NCBI GenBank assembly: GCA_004293915.1
Contig: RDZG01000067.1
Span: 9,401-73,400, forward strand
DNA: 64,000 nt
Source of the DNA: Bacteroidota bacterium
GTDB lineage: Bacteria > Bacteroidota > Bacteroidia > Cytophagales > UBA9547
Direction of reading: 5' to 3'
Of this stretch, positions 28,232 through 37,532 are shown piece by piece. Both the position numbers and the translations under genes were made by a program. Position 1 is the first letter of the stretch. Each line of letters starts with the position of its first letter. Below the pieces are notes generated by a model. It was not told the DNA's origin. It did no database searches and saw nothing but the letters and a program-made list of their open reading frames with translations.

Positions 28232-29470
28232 TTATTTAGAAAACTTTGAAATATAATCTTTTAACCTATCTTTATGAATACCAAAAGTTGTCATTTTTAG
28301 TTTTATATAATCTTCATGAAAGAAATAATAGCCAAAATTTTTGCTTTCTTTTCCAACATTTCTCGAACCCGAACTAGAATCTTTTATTAGATACCAATCT
28401 TTTCCATTTTTTTCCATGTAACCAACCAAATGCATACCATGATCATCGGTTGTAGTTTTGTTGCTAAACCGAAATTGCCGTGCATTTTCATCTATATAAT
28501 CACTCGGAATATCAAAAGTAGGCACTAAAGCCACATTATGAAACGAATCAAACCCAGCCTCAGAAACATCGCCACCAATCATAAAAGTATATCCATTGCG
28601 AATCGAGTTTTTAACAATCGACATAAAAACATCCAATGGCACATTATAATAGGTAGAATCGTGCCACCAATTATCTGGTACTTCATATTCGGCTTGTTTC
28701 CAATATGGTTTTTCCAAAAAAGACATCACATCAACTAAATCATCGGGATTAAATTTTAAAACCGAAGACATATATTGTAATGGCGAAATACTCTTGTTTT
28801 GATGCATAATTTGGGTTGGTGGTGTACCCATATAATCATTTAAAATAGCTTTTATCGTTTCTAAAACCAAAGCTTCGTTCCAAGCACCAGTTGTTTTTAC
28901 AGATTGTAAATATTTACTCATTTCTTCATACATTTTTGAATGATTATGTACCGTTTTACCGTTTTTTAATCCAGAAAAATCGCTCTGACGTACGCATCCA
29001 TACATTTTCATCATGCGTTTTACTGCATTTGCTTCTGAACCTTCGCCAAATTCTGAATCGCCACGTTTTTGCACAAACCTTCTGGCTTTTTCAACATATT
29101 CCCAATAAACCGTGAACATTTCGGATAAATCAACCACTTGCCCCGTTTGTCTAAAAATTTCGGTTTCATAAAACGATGTTGTACTAAACGACCAACAAGT
29201 GCCTGTATTGCCTTGTGAAATAGGTTTGTTAATCCAACTGGTTTTAAATTCATCAATAGATTTTGGATAATCTACATTCGTTAAATCAATTTTAAAAGTC
29301 CGTTTGGGAGCAGGTGTTGGCTCTGTTTTTTCTTCTTCGATACCTTTTAATATATAATTTTGATAATAGCCAGGTTTAATATTTTGAAAAGTAGCTGTAT
29401 TTTTAGTTTGCGAAAAACCTAAGACACAAATACCTGATAATAAAACTATTACAATATTTTTTACATTCAT
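28232..29470 (-). CDS. Secreted C1-family cysteine peptidase (aminopeptidase C / bleomycin hydrolase-like)
   Basis: The active-site region is QGNTGTCWSFSTTSF. The likely start is ATG 29470 (MNVKNIVIVLLSGICVLGFSQ, a signal peptide), not the TTG at 29494. Confidence 0.8.
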   Translation of the reverse strand: MNVKNIVIVLLSGICVLGFSQTKNTATFQNIKPGYYQNYILKGIEEEKTEPTPAPKRTFKIDLTNVDYPKSIDEFKTSWINKPISQGNTGTCWSFSTTSFYETEIFRQTGQVVDLSEMFTVYWEYVEKARRFVQKRGDSEFGEGSEANAVKRMMKMYGCVRQSDFSGLKNGKTVHNHSKMYEEMSKYLQSVKTTGAWNEALVLETIKAILNDYMGTPPTQIMHQNKSISPLQYMSSVLKFNPDDLVDVMSFLEKPYWKQAEYEVPDNWWHDSTYYNVPLDVFMSIVKNSIRNGYTFMIGGDVSEAGFDSFHNVALVPTFDIPSDYIDENARQFRFSNKTTTDDHGMHLVGYMEKNGKDWYLIKDSSSGSRNVGKESKNFGYYFFHEDYIKLKMTTFGIHKDRLKDYISKFSK

Positions 29471-29585
29471 TTTTGAATAAATTTTAGTTTGCAAATCGAT
29501 TATTTTAACACTAATTTAATACATATTTATAATCATGGATTGTTTTAAATAAAATATTATTTTCTTTGTATTAAATAATAAAATT

Positions 29586-30755
29586 TTGAGAAGTATAACT
29601 ATTCTTTTTTATCATTTTAAAAGAGGTATTTTAAATATTTTTCTTACTGTTTTTGATGCTATTTTTTTAAAGTCAATTTCAGCATCTGAACAACAGCATA
29701 AGCCAGAAATATTAATCATTAAAATTGATGCCATTGGCGATTTTTTGGTTTGGTTATCGGTTGCTAAAACATACCGAGAAATCTTTCCATCAGCAAATTT
29801 TTCGCTCACTTTAGTATGCAATCCAAGTTGCGAAACACTAGCCAAAAAAAATTTAACTTTTGATAAAATATTACCTTTCGATAGAAAAAAATATATGCTA
29901 AAATTAACATATAGATTATTGATTTTCAAAACTTTAGATAAATTAAAATACGAAAAAATAATTTATCATGCACCATCACGTGAATATGCAAGTGGCGATT
30001 TATTAGTGAAAAAATTAAATGCAAAACAAAAAATTGGGTTTGCATCTGATTTTGCAATCGATAGTAAATTTTGGATTTCAAAATCAAAGCAATTTTATAA
30101 CATAGTTTTTGAATCAAAATCTGTTTCTGAACATGTTAATAATTACCATTTTATGCAATTTTTAGGTGTAAAAAAGCAACTAATTTCAATTGAAAAACTC
30201 GTTTTTGAAACCAAAAATAATTTGCAACTTCCTCAAAACTTTGTTGTTTTTTTTATTGGAGCCAGAATAGGAATCAGAAAATGGGACATCAATAATTTTA
30301 TAAAACTTACCGAACTTTTTTTGGATGAAACCCAATATAATATTATCTTATGTGGTGGAAATGAGGATATTAAAGATGCAGAAATTTTGCAAAACTTTTT
30401 TGAATATAATTTAAGAATAATAGATTTTGTTGGCAAAACAACGATAAACGAATTATGCGAAGTTATCAAAAATGCAAAACTATTAATTGGAAACGAAACA
30501 TCTGGAATACATTTTGCTGCCAGTTTACAAACCAAATCTGTATGTATTTTGGGTGGCGGACATTTCAATCGGTTTGTGCCTTATCCAAACGAAATCGATT
30601 CTGATTTTAAGCCATTTCCAATGTATGAAAAAATGGATTGTTTCCATTGCGATTGGCGTTGTAAATACCAATTAACTAACTTAAAATCAGCTCCTTGTAT
30701 TGAAAATATTTCAGTACACAAAGTTTTTTTAGCTGCACAAAACTTATTGAAATAA
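29586..30755 (+). CDS. Glycosyltransferase family 9 (heptosyltransferase-like) protein
   Basis: The N-terminal ILIIKIDAIGDFL and the C-terminal GNETSGIHFAA are typical of GT9. The start codon is TTG. Confidence 0.6.
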   Translation: MRSITILFYHFKRGILNIFLTVFDAIFLKSISASEQQHKPEILIIKIDAIGDFLVWLSVAKTYREIFPSANFSLTLVCNPSCETLAKKNLTFDKILPFDRKKYMLKLTYRLLIFKTLDKLKYEKIIYHAPSREYASGDLLVKKLNAKQKIGFASDFAIDSKFWISKSKQFYNIVFESKSVSEHVNNYHFMQFLGVKKQLISIEKLVFETKNNLQLPQNFVVFFIGARIGIRKWDINNFIKLTELFLDETQYNIILCGGNEDIKDAEILQNFFEYNLRIIDFVGKTTINELCEVIKNAKLLIGNETSGIHFAASLQTKSVCILGGGHFNRFVPYPNEIDSDFKPFPMYEKMDCFHCDWRCKYQLTNLKSAPCIENISVHKVFLAAQNLLK

Positions 30756-30800
30756 TCACAATATTTTGTTTGCAAAAAAAATATTGCACCAAAATAGCAC

Positions 30801-31121
30801 TTAAATTCTAATAGACGATTCTATATCTGAAACGTAAATTTTACCATCCCCTGCTTCGCCAGTTTGGGCAGCTTTTTTTATACAAAGCACCACATCTGCA
30901 CTATCTATTTCTGGAACAATAATTTCTAAAAGACATTTATTAATAACAGCAGCCGACTCACTCACACTAATTCCTCTATAAGTACCTTTCTTTTCGTTTT
31001 GAAAAGAAACGCCTTTTACTTCATGATAGGTAAAATATTCTATACCAATACCATGTAGGCTTTTTCTTACATCTTCGAACTTAGATACTCTGATAACAGC
31101 TTGGATTTTTTTGAATTGCAT
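30801..31121 (-). CDS. P-II (GlnB/GlnK) family signal-transduction protein
   Basis: Over its 106 aa it aligns by eye with GlnB. It has a T-loop-like KKGTYRG and the C-terminal motif TGEAGDGKIYV. Confidence 0.7.
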   Translation of the reverse strand: MQFKKIQAVIRVSKFEDVRKSLHGIGIEYFTYHEVKGVSFQNEKKGTYRGISVSESAAVINKCLLEIIVPEIDSADVVLCIKKAAQTGEAGDGKIYVSDIESSIRI

Positions 31122-31375
31122 AAAATTACATTTAGATTAATAATATAATTATTTTTATTTTTAAAATAACAATCTTGAAACTAATAATACTTTTAAAATA
31201 TAACTATTTGTATATTTATATTTTTTATAAATATATAAATATAAATCAATATTTAAACTATATTTTTAAAAATAAATACATTTTATTGAATATATAGTTA
31301 TAATTTTAACTATATATTTAATAACTTTATATATATTTACAATTATTAGCCAAATATATACACTAAATATTTAAT

Positions 31376-31729
31376 ATGAAAAACATTAAACATCATTCAA
31401 TAATTATAACTGTCAAAGATTTTAAAATGGCAGAAAAAATCAAAAATGAAGTAGCATTTTTGTATAAAAAGAATATGGAAGCCAAAAATGGCTTCGAATT
31501 GATTAGTCCAATTATTCCAGGTCTAATTAATAATTATTATAGCTTTTTTATAAGTCCAGACGGCAGCAAAGAAGGCTACGATCTTTCCGATGATGGTGAT
31601 AAAATAAGAGAAAAAACGATACAATTATTAAATAGATATTTATCCATGGATCCAATGTTGGAATTGAATTATGTAGAATTATTTTATGGAGACGAAGATA
31701 ATGCTCCGCAGATATTGAATTTTAAGTAA
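31376..31729 (+). CDS. Hypothetical protein (117 aa)
   Basis: Track ORF with an ATG start. It is flanked on both sides by ~250 bp of extremely AT-rich non-coding DNA. Confidence 0.45.
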   Translation: MKNIKHHSIIITVKDFKMAEKIKNEVAFLYKKNMEAKNGFELISPIIPGLINNYYSFFISPDGSKEGYDLSDDGDKIREKTIQLLNRYLSMDPMLELNYVELFYGDEDNAPQILNFK

Positions 31730-31989
31730 AATAAACCTGTATTTCAAATATATGAATCAACTATTTAATATAGAATTCATGTTTTTATGAAATAAAAAGA
31801 AAACATAAAAGTTTGAAAATAAATTTAAGCAATTGTATCAAATTACTAGTATAGTATAATGTATTTCGTTTATGCTTAAGTTAATAATTTTGTATGATTA
31901 CAGATTTTTATGTTTTTTTTACACTCATTTATACAAATAATAAATCTCAAACATTGTATTATTGCATTTGAAATTATCAAAAATATATC

Positions 31990-32937
31990 ATGCGCAATTT
32001 TACTTCGGTTTCTGATGTAGAAAACATCTCAAAACTGGTTCAGTCGGCTTTAGAACTAAAAGCTAATCCATACAAATACAAACACTTAGGCGAAAACAAA
32101 ACCATCGGTTTGATTTTCTTAAACCCATCGCTGCGTACACGATTGAGTACTCAAAAAGCGGCTTTAAATTTAGGAATGACTGTGATGGTCATGAACATGG
32201 ACAAAGAAGGTTGGGCTTTAGAAACCCAAGATGGAGCCATAATGAACCACACCACAGTTGAACATATAAAAGATGCAGCGGCAGTAATGGGACAATATTG
32301 TGATATAATTGGAGTGCGTTCGTTTCCTAAATTAGTTGATCGGGAGGAAGATTATTCTGAAGATTTTTTCAATAAATTTATTAAATATTGTGGTGTGCCG
32401 GTAATAAGTTTAGAAAGTGCGACACTACACCCATGCCAATCGCTAGCCGATTTGATTTCTATCACAGAAACCAAAAAAACTGCTAAACCAAAAGTGGTTT
32501 TAACTTGGGCTCCACATATAAAACCATTGCCTCAAGCTGTTGCCAATTCGTTTGCCGAATGGATGTGCAAAGCAGATGTAGATTTTTGGGTAGCCAATCC
32601 AGAAGGGTATAATCTTGATACAAAATATATTTCAAATGCCAAAGTTGTTCATAATCAGGAGGATGCATTAAAAAATGCAGATTATATTTATGTGAAAAAC
32701 TGGAGCAGTTATGAGCAGTATGGAAAAATTTTAACTACCGACCCATCGTGGATGCTTACTTTAGAAAGACTAAAGACCACGAACCAAGCAAAAGTGATGC
32801 ATTGTTTGCCTGTACGCAGAAATGTAGAACTTTCAGACGAAATTTTGGACAGCGAACATGCTTTAGTTCAACAACAAGCCGGGAATAGACTTTGGGCTGC
32901 ACAAGCTGTAATCAAAAGCATATTGGAAACCATCTAA
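31990..32937 (+). CDS. argF: N-acetyl/N-succinyl-L-ornithine carbamoyltransferase (ArgF' type)
   Basis: It closely resembles, from memory, the Bacteroides ArgF' family: SLRTRLSTQKAALNLGM, DIIGVRSF, WAPHIKPLPQAV, HCLPVRRN. I cannot resolve acetyl versus succinyl specificity here. Confidence 0.85.
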   Translation: MRNFTSVSDVENISKLVQSALELKANPYKYKHLGENKTIGLIFLNPSLRTRLSTQKAALNLGMTVMVMNMDKEGWALETQDGAIMNHTTVEHIKDAAAVMGQYCDIIGVRSFPKLVDREEDYSEDFFNKFIKYCGVPVISLESATLHPCQSLADLISITETKKTAKPKVVLTWAPHIKPLPQAVANSFAEWMCKADVDFWVANPEGYNLDTKYISNAKVVHNQEDALKNADYIYVKNWSSYEQYGKILTTDPSWMLTLERLKTTNQAKVMHCLPVRRNVELSDEILDSEHALVQQQAGNRLWAAQAVIKSILETI

Positions 32938-32944
32938 AAAAAAC

Positions 32945-32977
32945 AAAAACGGGTTTCAAAATTTGAAACCCGTTTTT
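32945..32977. terminator. Bidirectional intrinsic terminator between convergent genes
   Basis: There is a perfect palindrome aaaaacgggtttcaaa / tttgaaacccgttttt centred at 32961. A- and T-runs flank it on both sides. Confidence 0.8.
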
Positions 32978-32981
32978 ATTT

Positions 32982-34442
32982 TTACTTATTCTCCTTTTCC
33001 CGCTCTTTTTTAAATTTTGTATATGTCTCCATAAAATCAGCAAGTTGTTCAACTCCTAAACGTTTGGCAACTATTTTTTTGTTTTCATCTAAAATATACA
33101 TTGTTGGAGTACTATATATATCATACATTTTATGGAAACCAGAACCACCTTTTCCATCATAAACATTTATCCAATTGAGTTTATGTGTTTTAATAAAATT
33201 TTTCCAAGCTGGCACATCTTGTTGTGTATTAATGGCATAAACTTCCATGCTATATTTTGTTTTTACACTATCATATAAACGAGCCAATTTTGGCGTTTCT
33301 TTTTGACAATGTCCGCAATTTGGATCCCAAAAGAATAAAACTGTAAATTTTGCACGAATCGATGTAAACGATTTTTCCTTTGCTGCTGTATCTTGCAAAA
33401 CCAAAATTGGTGCATAATTATTGAGCAATAAATAACGAAGTGTATTGTATCTGTCTCTGATTTTTGCTTCAGTATCTTCGTTTACCCAATAGGCTTTGCC
33501 AGTAAGATAATATTTTTCTGCCATGTGTACAAAAACAGCATCCATTCCCATAATCTGAGAAGTTTCGTATTGATTTGTTACATACCAAATAAAATATTTA
33601 TAAATTTCACTTTTTTCATTTTTAACTTTTGAAATCAAATAATCTGCTTCTTTATTAATAGAATCTGGACTTTGAAGCACCATTTGTTTGATATATTTTT
33701 CAAGTTTTCCATGAAATACAGGTGTACGAATCAACCCATCTTCGTTCAAATCTATATTATCCCAATAATGTGCTTTGTAATAACGGTACGGAAATGTAGA
33801 ATCTGGACGACCATTTGCGAGTTTTGGTGTTTCTGGTATTTCAGGATCCATCATAGATTTGAAAATACGAGCCACTAATTTATCAGGATTTTGTTTTACA
33901 AAATTTTTGCGATATTCAAATACATCTTTGTCTACTGCAATCAATTCATCACGCAGTTTTTTTGCTTTTAAAGTGTCATTTTTTAAGGCATCTTCGTATT
34001 GTTTTTTGAGTTCTTCACCTCTTTTTCCTTTTACTACCACATATTTTAAATAGCCATAAAATGCTTCGTTTTCGGTCGAACCTGTAACTTTCATATTTTG
34101 TGTGTAATCTTTTGTGTCTGTTTCCATTGCAAAATTTTGCTCTTTCACAATCACTTCAAAATACTGTTTTCCAGGCATCACAACCAAATAAATTCCATTT
34201 GGTAAAGTTTCTTTTCCAGAAAAAACAAAACTTCCTTTAGAATCTACATAAGCTGTATCTTTCAAATATTGTTTATCGCCATAATAATTGGCTAAAAAAA
34301 TGGTATCTCCTGTTTTGAGTCCATTTATTTTAAATTTTAAATTATATGCATCAGCCAATTTTTGCGGAGCTGGTGTGCTTTTTTTTGTTTGTGAATAAGC
34401 GAAAATCGAAAGCGTGGTAAAGAGTGCAACTAGGTATTTCAT
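32982..34442 (-). CDS. Secreted thioredoxin-fold (TlpA/AhpC-TSA-like) protein with N-terminal extension
   Basis: It has a signal peptide and the CxxC motif FWDPNCGHCQKE in the C-terminal Trx-like domain. Confidence 0.75.
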   Translation of the reverse strand: MKYLVALFTTLSIFAYSQTKKSTPAPQKLADAYNLKFKINGLKTGDTIFLANYYGDKQYLKDTAYVDSKGSFVFSGKETLPNGIYLVVMPGKQYFEVIVKEQNFAMETDTKDYTQNMKVTGSTENEAFYGYLKYVVVKGKRGEELKKQYEDALKNDTLKAKKLRDELIAVDKDVFEYRKNFVKQNPDKLVARIFKSMMDPEIPETPKLANGRPDSTFPYRYYKAHYWDNIDLNEDGLIRTPVFHGKLEKYIKQMVLQSPDSINKEADYLISKVKNEKSEIYKYFIWYVTNQYETSQIMGMDAVFVHMAEKYYLTGKAYWVNEDTEAKIRDRYNTLRYLLLNNYAPILVLQDTAAKEKSFTSIRAKFTVLFFWDPNCGHCQKETPKLARLYDSVKTKYSMEVYAINTQQDVPAWKNFIKTHKLNWINVYDGKGGSGFHKMYDIYSTPTMYILDENKKIVAKRLGVEQLADFMETYTKFKKEREKENK

Positions 34443-34574
34443 TTTTAATAAATTAGAATTTTATTTTTTAAACGTTATAAGTTAGTTTTTAGTGCAATTA
34501 AATGTAAATTTTTTATTCAAAATACATTTTTAAGACTACAAAAGTAAAACAAAATTTGATTATTAAAAAAGAGC

Positions 34575-35303
34575 TTATTTTGTTTCAACAGGTTTTTCTT
34601 CTTTTGGTTTTCTGAAATCAAAATTAAACACTGCATTTAACCGAATTGTATGCGAATGACGACTATCTATTCCATTTGGTTGTTGCAAAAACTGGTACTG
34701 ATAACCCGTGTTCATCGAAAATTCTTTTGTAAATTGATAGCCAATTCCTAACAAAATTCGGTTTTGGTCAAAATAATTATACATTATATTTTTTCCAAAA
34801 TTGATAAAAATCTCATCTTGAGCAATCAAAAATGGTATTTTAGGTTTTATTTCTTTTCCAATTAATGGATATTGTAAATTAATCTGATAGCCAAAACGAT
34901 AATTAAAATCCAATTTTTCTGTAGTAGCATTGTTTCTAAAACGCTGCTCAAATCGATAGCGGTGTTGAATTTGCAATTTTCCAATACTTTGACTAATTAT
35001 TAATCGCTGATATGGTCGATATTCGATTTGATTTTCTGTTTCAAACAAAGCAAAACCAACTATAAATGAGTGTTTTTGCCAATAATATGCCACTCCTGCA
35101 CGAGCCAAACCTTGAAAATAAGTATTTAGAAAATCATCTTTTCTTCTATAACCAAAATCGCTCACGATTCCCCATTTATCGCTCAATCTAAAGTTTGAAT
35201 ACACCTGAAACCAAGTTTCTGATCTAGTTTCTGTTTTTTGAGCAAACAGATTTGATTGCAAAAGCAAAATGCCAATAACTATAATTTTTATTTTATTTTT
35301 CAT
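34575..35303 (-). CDS. Outer-membrane beta-barrel-like protein (DUF2490-like)
   Basis: It has a signal peptide and alternating aromatic/polar beta-strand patterns. The family call is from memory only. Confidence 0.45.
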   Translation of the reverse strand: MKNKIKIIVIGILLLQSNLFAQKTETRSETWFQVYSNFRLSDKWGIVSDFGYRRKDDFLNTYFQGLARAGVAYYWQKHSFIVGFALFETENQIEYRPYQRLIISQSIGKLQIQHRYRFEQRFRNNATTEKLDFNYRFGYQINLQYPLIGKEIKPKIPFLIAQDEIFINFGKNIMYNYFDQNRILLGIGYQFTKEFSMNTGYQYQFLQQPNGIDSRHSHTIRLNAVFNFDFRKPKEEKPVETK

Positions 35304-35346
35304 ACCACAAAACTATATAATATTTTTAATAAAACAAAAATACAAA

Positions 35347-35396
35347 AATAATATTTTGAATTATATAAAAAAATGAATATAATTCAAAATATTATT
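35347..35396 (-). terminator. 19-bp perfect A/T-rich inverted repeat (12-nt loop) just downstream of the second Fic gene
   Basis: aataatattttgaattata (35347-35365) is the exact reverse complement of tataattcaaaatattatt (35378-35396). Confidence 0.4.
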
Positions 35397-35409
35397 CTGA
35401 TAATAAAAA

Positions 35410-36477
35410 TCAGATATGCGATATAGAATAAATTGTAGCTTTTAGATTCCCTCTTTTTACAATCATTTGATTTTGAGATAAATAACTCAAATCTTTTTTT
35501 AAACTGGCGGGATTCACATTTTTAAAGCTTTTGTTTATATCTGCAAATTTCATTGCTTTATTTTTTGTAATAAGTTGAATTATTTTTTTATGTCTTTCTG
35601 TCACATAAACAACTTTGTGTTTAATAGCCTCTAATTTTACTTGAAGTTTATCTGTCAGACTTTTTAAACTTGACATAAAAAACATCATCCATTCTTCCAT
35701 ATTTTCATCTTTTGTATTTCTATTTTTTTGCCCCGACATCAATGCTGCATAATATATTTCTTTATGAAGTTCAATGTGGTTTTCAAACGAAATATAATTA
35801 ATAAACCTATATTTTGATTTTAGCAAAAGCAAAGTTGTTAAAAGACGAGAAAGCCTTCCGTTTCCATCTTGAAATGGATGAATAGACAAAAATTCGTAAA
35901 CAAATACTCCTGTAATCAGCAATGGGTGCAGATTTTTGGTTTCAAACTCAATTGTTGTCCATTCAATTAAATCAAACATTTCGTTTGGTGTCAAATGAGG
36001 TGGAGTAGTTTTAAAAACGATTTTTTGTCTTCCATCTGGATAATTTGCAACCACGCTATTACTCAAAGATTTGTATCCTCCTTTGTGTTTTTGGTCTTTA
36101 TCGCTATGTTTCAACAATATTCCATGAAGTTGTTTAATTGTATTTTCTGAAAAACTAATTGTTTCATGATTTTCAAGAATAATATCTAAGGCATCGTAAT
36201 ATCCCATAACTTCTTGTTCGTCTCTGGTTTCGAGCGAGGTTATAGTCATATTATCAATCAATGTTTTAATTTCGGCATCTGTCATAACTGCACCCTCTAT
36301 GCGTGTTGAAGAACCGATACTTTGCACCGTTGCAATGCTTCTTAACTGAATCAAATCTTCTTTTTCTATTTTTTCAGCTTCTTCAATCGAAATTTCAAAT
36401 CCATCAATATAGTCAATGATTCTGTTAATCTCTTGATTTACAGAGTCATTAAATCTGATTTTATCTTTAACATCCAT
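35410..36477 (-). CDS. fic: Fic-family protein, class II architecture (N-terminal inhibitory helix, C-terminal wHTH-like tail)
   Basis: The Fic motif is HPFQDGNGRLSR. The N-terminal segment SSTRIEG matches the [ST]xxxE[GN] inhibitory motif. Confidence 0.85.
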   Translation of the reverse strand: MDVKDKIRFNDSVNQEINRIIDYIDGFEISIEEAEKIEKEDLIQLRSIATVQSIGSSTRIEGAVMTDAEIKTLIDNMTITSLETRDEQEVMGYYDALDIILENHETISFSENTIKQLHGILLKHSDKDQKHKGGYKSLSNSVVANYPDGRQKIVFKTTPPHLTPNEMFDLIEWTTIEFETKNLHPLLITGVFVYEFLSIHPFQDGNGRLSRLLTTLLLLKSKYRFINYISFENHIELHKEIYYAALMSGQKNRNTKDENMEEWMMFFMSSLKSLTDKLQVKLEAIKHKVVYVTERHKKIIQLITKNKAMKFADINKSFKNVNPASLKKDLSYLSQNQMIVKRGNLKATIYSISHI

Positions 36478-36499
36478 TTTATAATATATTAATTTACAA

Positions 36500-36565
36500 A
36501 TCTATAAATTATCTATAAATTATCTATAAATTATCTATAAATTATCTATAAATTATCTATAAATT
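36500..36565. repeat. Perfect tandem repeat, 6 x 11 bp (atctataaatt)
   Basis: I counted six exact copies directly in the sequence. The array starts 23 bp upstream of the Fic start codon, in the divergent intergenic region shared with the ECF sigma gene. Confidence 0.95.
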
Positions 36566-36742
36566 AATTAAATTTCTTATTGTTTTTAAATTTATATACA
36601 AACAACAAGAATTAGACTTTTAGAAATATATTTTTTGAAAAATCAAACTTTTATCTTTATCATTGCGTACACATTTATAAAAATAAATATTTAACCCAAC
36701 ACAATATTGATATAAGCTCTACGTTAAACCCTTATAACGTAC

Positions 36743-37339
36743 ATGATGGACATAAAAAAGTTAAGCGATGCCGAATTGGTATCTCTTTACAAATCCAACA
36801 ACGAAAGAGCATTTAAAGTGTTGTTAAATCGCTACAAATCTAAAGTTTTTTCTACGGCATACTTTATTGTGAAAGATAGAGAAGTTGCTAATGATTTAAC
36901 TCAAGATGTGTTTTTCAAAGCGATAGATACCATTAAAAAAGGAAAATACAACGAAGATGGAAAGTTTCAAAACTGGATTATGCGTGTAACACATAATTTA
37001 GCTATTGATCATTACAGAAAAAATACAAAAGTAAATTTTGTTCGTGAAAACGATGAGTTTTCTGTATTTGAAACACTACCGTTTTCTGTTGCTCCTCGTG
37101 AAGATGGGATGACACAAAAAGAAATTAAACTATTATTAAAAGAACATATCCATAATTTGCCTTTTGAACAACGTCAGGTGTTGTTGATGCGTCATTTTGT
37201 TGGTATGAGTTTTAAAGAAATTGCAGATTTTACCGGAGTTAGTATCAATACGGCATTGGGTCGAATGAGATATGCACTCTTAACACTTAAAAAACAATTA
37301 AATCCACATTTTGCCTATGAACAACATTACTACCCATGA
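36743..37339 (+). CDS. ECF-type sigma-70 family RNA polymerase sigma factor
   Basis: Region 2 is DLTQDVFFKA...NWIMRVTHNLAIDHYR. Region 4 is MSFKEIADFTGVSINTALGRMRYA. Confidence 0.85.
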   Translation: MMDIKKLSDAELVSLYKSNNERAFKVLLNRYKSKVFSTAYFIVKDREVANDLTQDVFFKAIDTIKKGKYNEDGKFQNWIMRVTHNLAIDHYRKNTKVNFVRENDEFSVFETLPFSVAPREDGMTQKEIKLLLKEHIHNLPFEQRQVLLMRHFVGMSFKEIADFTGVSINTALGRMRYALLTLKKQLNPHFAYEQHYYP

Positions 37340-37532
37340 CACTTTAATTAAAAATTTGTATAATGAGTGCTCAAATGCCGAAAAAAACGAGCTTAAACTT
37401 CAATTATTGCTCAATACAGACTTATATAATGAACATATTGAGTTAAAAATGCTCAAAAAAAGTTTAAATTCGGTACGCATGAATCCGAGTGTAGGCACAC
37501 AAAAAAATATTTTGGCTTATGCACGTTTTTAA
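37317..37532 (+). CDS. Small protein co-transcribed with the sigma factor (possible anti-sigma-like partner)
   Basis: The ATG at 37317 overlaps the sigma gene's end by 23 bp. I recognise no motif, so the function is inferred from position only. Confidence 0.4.
   Translation: MNNITTHDTLIKNLYNECSNAEKNELKLQLLLNTDLYNEHIELKMLKKSLNSVRMNPSVGTQKNILAYARF

Noticed and set aside
31750-31780. ARG-box-like palindrome (TGAAT...ATTCA) upstream of argF'
   Set aside because: The two halves are about 18 nt apart instead of the compact spacing of known ARG boxes, and the region is generally AT-rich.
36500-36565. Possible CRISPR array
   Set aside because: The units are 11 bp and directly abutting with no spacers, so this is a simple tandem repeat. 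No cas genes are present.
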